From contig JAANOX010000047.1 of assembly GCA_020184695.1 (NCBI GenBank), positions 1 through 64,000 of the forward strand: a stretch of 64,000 nucleotides of DNA, written 5' to 3'. The notes under the pieces are model-generated. The model ran no database searches. It was not told the origin of the DNA and was given only the letters and a program-made list of their open reading frames with translations. Positions within the stretch are counted from its first letter, which is position 1; each line of letters opens with the position of its first letter. The position numbers and the translations under genes were made by a program. This stretch comes from Histomonas meleagridis 2922-C6/04-290x. Lineage: Eukaryota > Protista > Parabasalia. Below, one piece after another: positions 27,801 to 35,334 of the stretch.

Positions 27801-29660
27801 ACATTACAAAAGTATACTAAGTCATTAGCTAAAGGATTCCAAGAGAAAGATGTAATGGCTACTGATAAATCAATTAATAATATCATTAAATTAATTTCAT
27901 TAATGGAATCTTCTGCTATTAAAGGTGCTAATGTTTCTAATTGTAAATCTCAACAAGCTATTAAAGATTTATTAAAGATGACACGTACTACTGCTTTAGC
28001 TATTAAAGGATTATTTGAATTAAAGGAAAATTCAGCAGTATCATTAACTACTGTTAAAAGATCTACTCGATCATTTGTTAGAGTTGTCGATTCAATTAAT
28101 GATATGATTGATGAACAAGAATATTGGGATAAAGATAAACCAGTTGAAGAAATTGATAATAAGAAACTTGAATTCTTACAAAACGTTTCTAAGGCTATTT
28201 CATTCTCTTTATCTACATTAACTGCTAGATCAGAAGCTAAAATCCCAGAAACTTATAAAGCTATAATGGATAAACAACAAAATGAAGTTAAATCAATCAT
28301 TGCTTCATTAAAGAAAGCATCAGAATCATTACTTAAACTTAACAAAGATAAATCAGCAGAATCCGATTTCAATAATTGCTTAAATACATTTATAACACAA
28401 ATAGAATTATGTTCTTCTGCATCTAATACAGAAGTTGAATCAATGGCAGATAACATTTATGTATTAACAGGTTCAATGACTGAATTAGAAACAGCTTTAA
28501 TGAGATTAACTACAATTGCACAATTACATCCAGATACTGTTAATGCAGAGAAACTTCCACGTTCATTCGAAATGCCATCTGTACCAGATACAAAGATCTC
28601 AATCTCTAAAGCTAATGAAGATTTAATTAAATTCATAAAAGAATATCAAACAGAAGAATCTAAATTTGTTTCAATAATAAATACTACAAATAATGATCAA
28701 CTTACTAATAAATTATTAGATTTAATCCCATTAATGGAGAAGATTGTTAAACAAATCCTTATAGTATCTGTTAAAACATTTACTTTAAGACTTCAAACTG
28801 CTTTAACAGGTTGCGCGACTACAATTGTATTAAACTTTGATCAATTAATTAAAGGTTTACATTCTAAACTTTTATTACGTGGTGATTGGTCTCAGACTTC
28901 AACAAATACATTAAAACAAATTAAATTAAATCTCGATTCTGTTTTAGATCATAGTAAAGAAGCAGTCGAAATTTCACTTAAGGAATCTTCTACACGTGAT
29001 TCTTATGTAGTTAAAGTAATGGCTGTAGCTCAACCAATTCAAGACATTACTACAACTATCACTGATTGTCATAAGAAGATCGAATCGAAGCCTTCTTCAA
29101 TGACACGCGAATGGGCTATGCAAACTTTAGCTATAGGTTCTTCATTAACTAATACTATTCTTAAAGTGATAATGCATGCTAAAGATCATCCTCAAACTCA
29201 GAACATTGATAATTTACTTAAACATGGCCAAACTATTTCAACTATAATTCCTCCATTAATTAACGCCGTTAATGAAATCGCTGATGGTAAACATAAAGAA
29301 CCTGAAACAATTGTAATCGAACAAATTAATAAGTTACAAACATTGTGCAAAGATTTCTTGGGTTCAATTAAGAACGACGCTGATAAAACTGAAGAAAAGA
29401 CTTTGAATGACACTCTGAAGATGATATTACAAAACGCTCAACAACTTTCTTCAATGGCTGAAACATCATTAAATAACAGAAGAGCTCAAGCAAAGGCTGC
29501 AGCTGCTGGTGGAAAGAGAACAAAGGCTGGAACAAGACAAATGTCTGCGGCAACAAAGACAACGTTGTTGAAGAGATTGGAATTAGAATCAAGAGTTATT
29601 AAGGCAAGAATTATATTGGCAAAGAACGAGGCAAGACTACAGGCATTGGACCAAAAATAA
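12807..29660 (+). CDS. Giant talin-like protein (5617 aa): extra N-terminal ubiquitin-like domain, five F0-F1-F2-F3 FERM modules, long helical rod, C-terminal I/LWEQ (THATCH)-like domain
   Basis: Uninterrupted 16.85-kb ORF. KWFDEDRNLEYF...KKNQSLSIY...IDITKPVNDVVQYIA...DYRGYTL matches the talin F0/F1 pattern and recurs five times. The C-terminus has REWAMQTL...LLKRLELESRVIKARIILAKNEARLQAL, like the Sla2/HIP1R/talin THATCH core and dimerisation helix. Confidence 0.85.
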   Translation: MDSIVTLKTSTSITDSNGKPFRYSTDFTGFQMLMVGCYNLKIPYKPNELTIIVVTPKQTSYYIQLNVPLSVQGVNDGDSIYIVPQNTPLPFTEEIPELPPVALPELKTGATPELLRNEVNIGDDINLNIQTKSLLNDNNDMRMNRNEGTSKKINLFTVYGFKDDKGIECQYEVSFPFAVMVQRALSYLHQRAKGQYSILLCFSPAVIKWFDEDRNLEYFNPVDGMLIRVFKKNQSLSIYCPHFGTNSFLIDITKPVNDVVQYIANDVCFADYRGYTLVNVKRDNEFEPLDGQLSIPQQRNNFEELQFRRMYFVFSKETFCSLENALIAYRDMLEALVNKDSYITPDEAIELAALAILCDPSKQPEQKKLFSPRFQGYINDSMLKPALTYFDSHPKPSDQINAIRMFLGKARRIPDLASIQFSCTFIQKTHDQKDKIQVYAHFSPIRLAIINRKTKIINANIPYFRIRGIEVNEPTVTINYLNEGRVPVSVELRFERKFNIFLSYINQYSSITKQIFEERVLKKVQNKQISIDTIDEEDKIGLHTTNGPSKPGEGELFVYDRKFTAEQVLKLALRYLNEKEYPDQKILIHKYGQAIWPKPDQFIGTLGIDDGMTINIIRVQQQIRFKLTDGTVKAVIFKNPDLSEPIRTIIGQIFTKLHMPKIIGYSIFREKEESEQSQKQRTQQYRANLVALDPRLSIPEQCTDFESKTVDDVKLYFKRQYMTLTRDDLSSAAAAKYAYIECKDYINNNDCGMTEDQVIEVAILSVLIEAKVPGDTSYFNPDKFASIVPSNFKVNSKILAKFKQRLAKYEKMDNINAIRRYIRIVRDLPRFGAHTFHVLYRPLPAKSRPHDGYLFVCPIYLFVEENNKRILTIPYKFVINLKTDSKRVQVIYGKENTTELSTIEFKTKRVVELSMLISGSLTIFRELIVERQISDNKRVLEDSQKLQGIWIDENGVSHSPMIDLQPTNSLQRASGLDRVWLELATRFDDIIKQLSLRLNLVIPKEPGKDDYAIMINIHDRIFRFIQPDGKLGDAKPVRGSILFVIPRFPIISVVNSLNVEKKIRLDISMKVRDLVQVISHKFNTTLCKGYTLYTIPEDGGDPKPLDLNLSLPEQTVHYENLLFKRRFFAISQIDFITVASKLATFNDIKEHILTSGIQISVEDAIHLAYYSLFPNSNVPVTPQTVPNDITPLLPRNIKCKSGYNKQLIKYFTTEPITDKDVALEKYVQLARKIPTFGCEYYPAIYEDNSNPKKTVRRNIQVLISPTSIIFSDPNGKEQYITIDYKKLISPDVLDPFLSFRYTSSPFEPLLYADIESEGIVSKISSTIEEYQRIITDVSKTTSGDGKLQNIEKINVLLYKGNEEVTKENAQSHKFSFDKRQTGDKVASLAAKHLKLNTKGQYLCLLQYTTDHKRWLYHDEYFGKMNPYDDMVLQVFSVNFEITVQNSSRVKKNFFIDITNTVADLIPKIALQFSIDDYIGYSLFFEEEGVLQPLMYQLSIYEQIKTRKMPNLIFKHRYFLINPFIDELSFDVLMNTYYQDVRSTVLSGNHDLNDTEIAELAIFQIYTDPSNDDETHKIEIPTNLAPYLPKGMKPKQALIDTIRKALTDKSKITTRNEACREFISRAMNNTFACAENYHAVMIEDEENKDENTENKEKKDKKDKNKDKNAQKDKNRSVTISVSVKGIDIKEFPSQSDIEFIPYEELQSRMILKDLIIFTKKSYDGKNFVIKKLQFRTKSASLIYNYIETFIEIVNPQFQERNERLKAFHQATKEIGETIVNVLYLETANALGHWYPTVFPYLLTEKVNTIIDRLADYYNIKNAMTYRLVAQYEDGNFQVLPADQIFGKYNISNSTKIYLLELLKDVRIINDSGLVTTNVIDISLNVEEACRQIASNFNYQFHECFTLYANNGNGFDPLYFDQSVISQTNNFNEFLFKRRFFIFPQEAFFDNETLFSVYEDCHRMVINNKIQIPQENDMLCLAVYTLYYESSNPLEVTQRQITNLTDLIPSSVQSGNDLLRRFDNILKSIPPMSRTEAAAKYISYVCDRQGFGVEKYNIRFTDLIDTLKRPRREAVLLLGPFEVSIKDDTEIKVIASFDYKWITSYEIEDTNKIILKFNDHQSNYHHVIIEVDKVQPIVSFISTMYYYTTSSSIFLESAEQIRGQLSYIISRKGGNEKESAEAITIQDTSYDNFDVDVTTFDNYNAFDVNFDDPIERVEFATFDSTNYDDSVDSHYTYTKVDPVVDIYGAEDGVDNYSWRTTDEGLKYTRASRVLEKIKDNFEELNSHLDSTSLDEFTRRLDFIYDNLNDLNPEETNEFKEKLKNITGKIDELREKAQLMDPLDTKYTGYNDEIKTTMRDIMGIFGSAKDALNNELQLCKKQQYSYSQISDNGQISAISKNLIDISEATEALTVSIISKYMKFQEMGTNPSNIISSLKEISTNLTKLARNYTENEDQKLIDKYIIPLLGDLIIKLKQLKDICFITDGTNDIIEMEGKIENIVNSVKESLSKVSENRNTMMSQHYKIYTGSTTAVLKSAQIFIQKSKDLKELKDDKSLSEATKVIVESLYSNLTYNTSKIAKASKILKANPNDDKVRSDALYSSTKTLITLNNGIEELNKQNDVKVKSIIELLRKDLDVINNCNLEVSTISITPQNVSRLQSDLSLILTSTDKIDDLSLSKLKADEKKFIDTTISSIKTFHSKLEGLIPRFEDFPSSGDLVYAIQTIALDAYKKLPDISKTITLQQKASNDPLHQILYERLYSDLNATLIETIPTEEFMKCQHIVQFHQAQAELFQLTNTMHKTGDEDMVKNYNELYTKLQQRTKSVEEIYFDGYEYRKHLHAKPFSQNYIQDAENYIDKVQKSLTHVQNLIFEYPAIGDLDLIIGSVINYFDSAKKALKNTQISYYRPKPSKEFITKATNIIQESIEVLAKILNSDETLTNPMLADQLKSEIEFLQKQKNKIPKIADKTDLFYHTIEKIEEHMNQREIVNAADNQNIPLNNTVRKYKEILKVPPPTIEVTKGCLKEFIPTLDKLQETINNISKSEKVKDNNESQTIFNEWVNAIQQVKHSVSSHINQKDYNDQLALNDKDAILNLQAKISMLPPNIRQLIPKELNEKLAQEISQFVQKGNDAVNCVRHLPNVQMPEIDAKQFHKIDSEAEIQESIPEISIQIREFKNILNEIHASPLLLPHPQTKELVHQMIQNLGKIDEEISNNINNEKLLTEKMTRLRDSLLFVTSTTELISPVLGMNKLHDSAKTIQYNTNNVLRYLMKPHMTPESSKEFEKSLLDTIKKVEKDWNTAKQNIDGLPDNVKTMINALSASLSYANSSLSKMKPRQKQAFCDDLYSSIYTTLPQLFKQSECDDLIDPLLSLFEVTSKFTSKPHVDIRITAPLIINKQILPEETLSGLDDQVVDLIDITNENISGEIYDNYSDSLSMIYDHQDLLPIYVTYASSILQPIFMKHSLNKLIDAQKIISCTDKSAKQRTRHLELSTITTTIKAAKCIETLRNLMKYIDEIFNDSNSFTNDSACYYYKSTQKALQNVDTKMLINCQSISAAILNYSTMHELQTNVSLLIQSTENEKDLDSVIQPIVECFNEYSQLVYQTDLIFSALFHNELSSLICTIDELRLTEKKIPKEVFRKIHGFINDLSTKDYLLYFDPVQMNALSIKYKQFIKESIPIILNNITNKNVILEQQKILSSINPVIQYWERYPNSFDGVRLGNEINSSLYILEKQLSVCQYSMPQQQFIYDFNLPKSQINYIDIISSIDSSINTAAKACSQLFNSITPETFAQQQQVILNSLEHLKGLIGEHYPMNYSDKSINLIESNRVISQKDILLNLIDDKVCLDIAKNAFSQLEQSIKIIQQNQEQQKQKEVDNTKKLELENIQSIGKLSIIDIDQDNIKKNISEALNIEIISQDQQELFITTFLKSSLENMIHSLQQEQLCQFPNILKKINNLNTINIKPNQFEENKNQILRQFETLNNLQKLKEIQSQMTPNQIIENQALLSNIIINLLSPNCKLIFDSYIRQNKDMEQHIFDSLFNYYPNETINSKPINGNPIIHGFSDLILLSQSLISILHEICVVNQQIYKFISTPEGQKVLETPISSQLLLEIQQTIQTLIDLEKSKDNLDMYIKNLSLEQCIRIHRIIYHTLTLINENSINYNFTSTSHNIKQIIRQINIKQQEIIKQNQKALVFEFLDPSLIFRTLYSNAFKITYLYFIIKLISVYNKLISNNPNSKEDIISQDLIKKNLSIIKKLTFLNEKELSNKLNSLSNATEVIQSIQAQLIHLTQSSFIQEISKYVPDFNDAIQQGFQSLLLQEHNNKAISISSQELLVSMSSIQSNNIFNFISKLTLNNSDSQQILKLIEDNPEIKAKLNECEKRMKEITSDQLLSAKIIVSKIHDLYIKSPEEILNQFKPEEILDAYGLMKYELCESIKSIDEHALTVYKKNEIFDRAALIQRQTKDHSYSLIKPDESKTIIENCQKLQTIYDVITDLREIQQLILQENNSFVELSKENIKKLSTNDAMKLQNKINDFYKLNENKDELKALVSQNSIEDNYMIYSLIDDLTNVLQNNIQQVYSDDKLNIISNGISKQKDVDLLNVEINSSDLTKKIEISQEYSNRCALCSQLTLLSAKINELPSMKNAKLVSNSIPLQDVQQANDMAIKLLPIMNSPEAINTMISGVSTQDLTNRLAVINELCQILLPKDQNNNSLFDTELKVLSIDEITNVNLYQKASHIEITNAVVDALTSMIQVFPTMSQLSNDECKEIFVSENTTAIKLLTNLLHSSTPSYSQVKQLIEISPQLITSMTKVILQLNQQLKNKFDDPMRSFELIKKLAISSVDAPNNPKDGTEYRKSLAELLNNLKVAQAVTEMNNKEEDLHEKAMQTIANLHRAIQRRDIEEINGCLIDIQALNVRTNEAGNNIQFIKEVTSKIIGLQPKVLDIYSTQGKLDDQLIKQSDDLCKLLEQIINKETNDPFKTVNEIKSFQSVGKQFVNTKQTLQKYTKSLAKGFQEKDVMATDKSINNIIKLISLMESSAIKGANVSNCKSQQAIKDLLKMTRTTALAIKGLFELKENSAVSLTTVKRSTRSFVRVVDSINDMIDEQEYWDKDKPVEEIDNKKLEFLQNVSKAISFSLSTLTARSEAKIPETYKAIMDKQQNEVKSIIASLKKASESLLKLNKDKSAESDFNNCLNTFITQIELCSSASNTEVESMADNIYVLTGSMTELETALMRLTTIAQLHPDTVNAEKLPRSFEMPSVPDTKISISKANEDLIKFIKEYQTEESKFVSIINTTNNDQLTNKLLDLIPLMEKIVKQILIVSVKTFTLRLQTALTGCATTIVLNFDQLIKGLHSKLLLRGDWSQTSTNTLKQIKLNLDSVLDHSKEAVEISLKESSTRDSYVVKVMAVAQPIQDITTTITDCHKKIESKPSSMTREWAMQTLAIGSSLTNTILKVIMHAKDHPQTQNIDNLLKHGQTISTIIPPLINAVNEIADGKHKEPETIVIEQINKLQTLCKDFLGSIKNDADKTEEKTLNDTLKMILQNAQQLSSMAETSLNNRRAQAKAAAAGGKRTKAGTRQMSAATKTTLLKRLELESRVIKARIILAKNEARLQALDQK
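13255..19260 (+). repeat. Five diverged ~390-420-aa FERM-head repeats within the giant ORF (approx. 13255-14400, 14420-15600, 15680-16830, 16860-18080, 18130-19260)
   Basis: Recurring [GC]-[YF]-[TS]-[LI] ... PL..qLS[IL]..Q ... L.F[KR].R[YF]F-like F1 motif (~13627, 14793, 16068, 17238, 18507). Recurring F2/F3 junction (ARRIPDLA, VRDLPRFG, ARKIPTFG, AMNNTFAC, CDRQGFG at ~14035, 15280, 16495, 17680, 18935). Confidence 0.85.
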
Positions 29661-29879
29661 GCACTTCAGCAAATTAATAAACTCAAAAATTATTTTTAAT
29701 ATTTTGTTTGTTTTTTCATTATGGAGATCGATCGCCAAACATTGACAGTAATTATTAAAATGTTTTGGTAAAAAGTGATTAGACAATACAGTGTCAACCA
29801 ACTTTCCCTCTTATAGATTTATTTTAAATTTTAAAATTATTTGTAATATGCTTAGTACATTATAGTATATAACATATAA

Positions 29880-31068
29880 TGACAGCAGACAAATTTTTAT
29901 GAAGATAAAATAATTTTTTAAAAATTTCATTTCCTTTGAATTTAGTCACTTTCCATTTAAATTTGTATACAATACAATACACTTTTTAAACCCAAAATGA
30001 TCGTCTAGGTCAAAGATATACAACTGAAGCCCAATGTTTATTATGAATAATAGCATTTTCTGATGTTCTTCCATTAAATATAGCATTCGGATAAAAGTCA
30101 TTTATTGCATCGTGACTACTACTATTTTTAGAAAAACAATCAGTAAGCGTAATATCAAAACTCTTAATTAAATCAATATAAACTACATTAACATTTTGAT
30201 GTTTCTTTTGAAAATTTATTTAATCATTTTTACATACAAATAAATTGTTGTTTTTTACAAGTCTTTTTCTGGCCCATTTTAACAAATGGGCCATATCATT
30301 CGAATATATTTGTGTAGGAATTGGAAATTCATTTCAATATGGATTATTTGTAAATTCTTTTGATATTTCATTGAATTGTTCTCCAAATTTGCTTCTATGA
30401 TGAGTATCAGAGTCAGTTGATATTATCGTAATATTTAAATTAACATCTTCTAATTTTATACATATTTCTTTTATTTTTTTATCAACCTTATCATTTGCTG
30501 CACCATTATTTGAAAGATATACATGAATAGGGAAGGATGGTGTTGCAAAGTGAGGACAAATTGTAAATACAAACATTCCTCCAATAAGATTTTTTTTGTC
30601 TACGTTTTCTTTCCATAATTCTCTATATAGATTAATGTCTCGACGATAATCATCAGGTTTATATTTTAAAACAATTGGTTCTAATATACCTGTAACATTT
30701 CCATTTTTATCCAAAATCAAATCCTCATCGACTTTCATTGCATCAATGGATAGGGTTGCTATTGTAGTGTCGATGTTATAGAGATTTTTCCAAAATAAAT
30801 AGATTATAATTATATTATCAATATTCAAAAATTTTTCAGAAGATGGTATAAATGATTCCTTTATCCATTTTTTAATTGAATTTATTGATGGACCTTGGAA
30901 TAAATTACGGTGGAATTTAAAAGATTTGAAACCTAAAATATATTCATTGATCCAATACGCTTTTGTTCTATCATCATAAACTTTATGATGACCAAGTCCT
31001 AAATTATTTCGACACTGATGAATTACATGTTCGAAATCATCATCATATTTGTATTTCATTTTTATCAC
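29880..31068 (-). mobile_element. P-element-like (THAP9-related) transposase, disrupted
   Basis: PSINSIKKW, LSIDAMKV, ISTDSD in ORF 30334..31068. A frameshifted continuation reads YSNDMAHLLKWARKRL (~30255-30305), matching the D-x-x-H-L-x-K motif of P transposases. Confidence 0.65.
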
Positions 31069-31148
31069 TCATGTCGTTTACAGCTAACTCAATTATTGGA
31101 TTTTGTTTAATATTTTTTGTTTTTTTCTAAGATCTCATAAATTCCATT

Positions 31149-31772
31149 TTATTCTTTAACATTTCTTTTTGAACTTTTTCCCTTATCTTTTTTTTTTTGG
31201 TGTGTTGTGTATATATATTTTATACTTTCGATTTGATATGCATTAACTTGAACTTCATTATTATCAACTCTATCCTCATCATAATTATTTTTAATTTCAT
31301 ATGAAATAGGGTAACATTCGAATAAAGATGTGTTGTTCACTAAATTAATTATCGATAAAATTTTAGTTCTACATGCATTTTCTGATCTAGTCGGTATTTT
31401 AATATTTGATGTGTTACTTGTTAATACGAGTTTGAATAATAAACAATAAATTTCATCATTTGACCAGTTTTTGTTTTGATTTGGACTTCCATTTAATAAT
31501 GAATTATAATGTAACATAAAGTGATGAATTGCAGATAAATTTTGATATAATTGAAGCATATCAAATTTATTGACTATAATGGTGTAGAGCTGAATTGAGC
31601 TAATAATTTTTTCTAAAAATAGTTGGCAAGAGAAAAAAAATTTAATCTTATCATCGAATTGATATTTTTTATATTTTTCGAAAATGTTACTATCGCTTAT
31701 GATTAAGTAACTAATCACTATATTTTCTGATTTTTCTTGTGAGCATTGCTCACCCATCTCGGAACGAAACAT
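31149..31772 (-). CDS. Hypothetical 207-aa ORF directly upstream of, and co-oriented with, the P-like transposase
   Basis: Open frame of 207 codons with a basic C-terminal NLS-like tail (KKKDKGKSSKR); no family recognised. Confidence 0.35.
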   Translation of the reverse strand: MFRSEMGEQCSQEKSENIVISYLIISDSNIFEKYKKYQFDDKIKFFFSCQLFLEKIISSIQLYTIIVNKFDMLQLYQNLSAIHHFMLHYNSLLNGSPNQNKNWSNDEIYCLLFKLVLTSNTSNIKIPTRSENACRTKILSIINLVNNTSLFECYPISYEIKNNYDEDRVDNNEVQVNAYQIESIKYIYTTHQKKKDKGKSSKRNVKE

Positions 31773-32249
31773 TTTCTGCTTATCGAATTTGCTTTCGAAT
31801 TTTTTTCGTAAAGTATTAAAATTTGACTACCCGTAATGAAATCAAAAAGTTATTTTTTCTTCTTTGTACAGAGCCCTTAATAATGAATAAACTGCTTCAA
31901 GAATTTATAATATTCCTATTTACATAACAAATAAATTATAAAAATTTTCAAAGACAGATTTTTGAGTTTTTGATCTTGTCATCATATATAGAAAATCTTG
32001 TATAACTTAAAAACAAGATTAAAATGAAAAAAATTTATATAAATTTATATTGACTATTATTATTTTCATTTATATTTTGAATTTGAACTTTTGTTTTTTA
32101 TTCGAAAGCCCAAAAAAGCATTTTGAAATTTTCGAGATCGATCATAAAAAAATAAGATAACGAAATTTAGTCAGATTAGTTTTAATAAAGAAGATTACAG
32201 GCCATTATATATAGAAAAAGGGGTGTACAATGCAGGGAGGTAGAAGTTC

Positions 32250-32727
32250 ATGAAAAAAAATGTCCTGAAAAAGGACTTTTCGGTGGAATATCAAAATGAT
32301 ACAAGACAAATCTTATAATATTAGAGCGTGGAACTGTTGATTCTTCAACATATATTGATGATCTTATTGATGGATCTGATATGATTCCTGCAATGAACAA
32401 CATTTTTAAAGATGGATTGGTTTTAATGCAAAATGGTGCTTCTGCCAACACTTCATTTGAGACTATAAATTACCTTAAAAATTATGCCAATGTATTGGAA
32501 GGCTGGCCTTCAATGTTTCTTGACTTAGATCCTATAGGAAATCTATGGTCTATAATGAAGCAAATAGGATCCGAAATGCCCCCCAGAACAAAAGAAGACT
32601 TAATTACATCCATAATTTTTTATTGGAAAGTATTACTCAAGAACTAATAAGTAATCTGATAAATTCTATACCCGAACGCCTAATAGAAGTATCTAAAATC
32701 ATTGGTGATCACATAAATTATCAATAA
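32250..32727 (+). mobile_element. Tc1-family transposase remnant
   Basis: LMQNGASANTS ... WPSMFLDLDPIGNLWSIMK, a degenerate QDGA..H / WP..SPDL.PIENLW. Confidence 0.7.
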
Positions 32728-32949
32728 ACAATATTTCAGTCACTTTTGCAGAAATATTTCCAAACTGTTTCGAGTTTTTGAATATGATTTAGATCATTTT
32801 CCCTACATTCGATTATATTGTTGGGAAACTTTTCTGGGACCACTTTATTAGAAGAATGTAATTGTGGAGTATATGATTTTTATTCTAAACGATATCGAAA
32901 TAAATATGTTCGATGTCAACATACAATTGTAGATTTTTATCGATTATTA

Positions 32950-33130
32950 ATATTTGAATTAAGAAATTCTTTTGTATATTGAAAGGTATGAGATGATGCT
33001 CCATCTTATTGCCATATCCAATTACGTTTGCCGAAAATATGATCAAGTGTGGGGAATACTGCATGTGTTTTTAATATTTCAACATACTTTTCGAAATCTT
33101 CAGTCCCATTTATGAAAATCAGATCACTTT
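32950..33130 (-). mobile_element. Second, opposite-strand Tc1-family remnant
   Basis: The minus strand reads FPTLDHIFGKRNWIWQ*DGASSHT. Confidence 0.55.
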
Positions 33131-34329
33131 TATAATTTCACTCCAATGGCAGAGACTGCCATTAAGAATATTGAGAAAGAATTACATATTAATTATATTA
33201 TTTGTTTATTAATAGCCAGGATGAAGCGTCTTTAAAATAAAGTGTTAATTCTCATATATTATAATCCAGCATTTTATAATTTCCCAACTTTATTCCGTAA
33301 TCCGTCATATTAATTAACTGTATATTTTTTATTATGTCTTTTTCTTCCTCATCACATCGTTCTTTAATAGTTTCGTCAGAGCTTCCATTTTTATTTTTAT
33401 ATGGACATGTTTCTTTATGGAGTGTTTTAATTCTGCCTTGTATGTTAAATAATTCCATTACGAGTTTCATCTGATGGACCCATCTAATTATTATAAAAAT
33501 CTCGAGTGGTTGGATGTGTGTGAGAGAAATTACTATTGATTAGTTTAACTATTTTTTTAAACATGATTTTGAATTTGATATCAAAAATATTACTTTTACA
33601 TCTGTATTTCTTCAGAGTACTTTTTGATTTTGCTCTACATCTCCCTCCAGAACGGCATTTATATTCCTAATATTCAACATTTTCATAAGATTTGGTTCGA
33701 TATATGTGATATATGACTTTTCCCCCAATATTTTAGTTAGAATTTCTGGTGTGTTTTCATTTTCTGATTGATATGATATCTCCTAGTTGGGGGCAATGCA
33801 GGGCCATCATCATTGGTTCCATTTTGTTCCATGTTACTTTTTGATTGAAATCATCGAAAATTTTGAAATTTTTACGATATTTCAAACGAATTACAATATT
33901 TTAATCACATTTTCACATCACCTTTTAAAATTTCGTGTTGTGTACGAAAATGTCATGATGACGTGTCATCTACAATTCCTGAAATTATTTTATTAATTTT
34001 TATTTTTTAATTTATTCTTGCATATAAATATGCATTTATTTTTGAATTTGCAGAATCATTGTGATCATTTATATTGACACTCCATACATTTTCCCAAGCT
34101 TTTGATGAAATTCAAAGTTGAATTTTTTATTCAGGAAAAAAAAATTAAATGATTTGAATTATTCCCTATTGATATATTCAAATTTATTAATATTTAATTT
34201 AGATCCACAAGGTTTCGTTATTTTACGCTGCCCATTAATATTATTAATAAAAATTTTTTTTATAATTTTTTTATTATGGATATCAACAAACATTATATTT
34301 TTAATACTGACTTAATCAATTTTTTATAA

Positions 34330-34640
34330 TATTTTTTTTCTTTGTGTAAAAAACGGAACTTTTCACCTTTGAACATTTTTTTCATATATTCGAACAGAAA
34401 AAAGTCAGATGGTGAACCTCCGAAAAAAAAATTCAATTAAATTTTTGACCAACTGGGAGCATCGTTATTGATTTAACATCAGTTATAGACCATATAATGA
34501 ATATAATCATTTTTTGGACCTAATAGTTTGTTCGGATTTCGTAAGTTTTTGCACACCAGATTCAATTCACATCGAGTTTCTTTAATTAACAAAATAAATC
34601 CATGTTTCATCCTGAGTCAAAATGTGCCTTAATCTATGAT
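34330..34640 (-). mobile_element. Diverged mariner transposase fragment
   Basis: The minus strand reads ILTQDETWIYF ... KMIIFIIWSIT..KSITMLPVGQKFN. Confidence 0.55.
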
Positions 34641-34671
34641 AATTTTATCTATAAATTTATATGAACTCTTT

Positions 34672-34880
34672 CTAAGTATTCGTTTTCCACTTGTCGCTAA
34701 TAATTGTTGAAGTTTTGTCAATCATTTGTTCTATAATTGGTGAAAGTGCCCTTTTTGATCTGTATTTAACAGGGAAAAAATATACTGGTCCCCCTGGTAC
34801 TTTGCTACAACCACCAAAAACCCATTGCTTTTTTACAAATCTTTCAACATTATATTTTTGTTTTAAATACAAATCTTCAT
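34672..34880 (-). mobile_element. Merlin/ISXO2 (IS1595-like) transposase fragment
   Basis: KQWVFGGCSK...VYFFPVKYRSKRALSPIIEQMIDKTSTIISDKWKT matches the WVFG...V..R....L.PII...I..GS.I.SD.W pattern. Confidence 0.75.
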
Positions 34881-35334
34881 CTATTTGTACAAATTATGAA
34901 TTTAAAAGATTTCTTAATAATGTTTGTAAATTTTTTTTCATCATTTGTTTTCTATATATATTAAACCAATAAACAACGGTGGATTTTAAAAAATTAACAA
35001 TTTTTCATGTATCTCTAATTGAAAAATCTGCACAGAAACATGCGAAAGTTAATATAATTTCTGAAAGATATGATTTAGAATATTCGGATGGTAATGGTGA
35101 AGAAAACCCTATAATCGTCGTTGAACACCTCAAATACGAATTTCCCAAATTATAAGGTGTCCAATTATGCTTTGTCCTTTCTATTTTAGGATAATTAATT
35201 TAATTATAACGATAGATATAAATATACAACTATATGTGTAGGTCATAAAAATATATGAAATATTTTGTTAATTCTATTCTTCTATTATTTTATATATTTT
35301 TAATTTTTTATTAACATACATTTTCAACGTACAT

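Noticed and set aside
29786-29812. tacagtgtcaaccaactttccctc as a Tc1 left TIR
   Set aside because: No matching inverted copy was found in the window, so an element could not be delimited.
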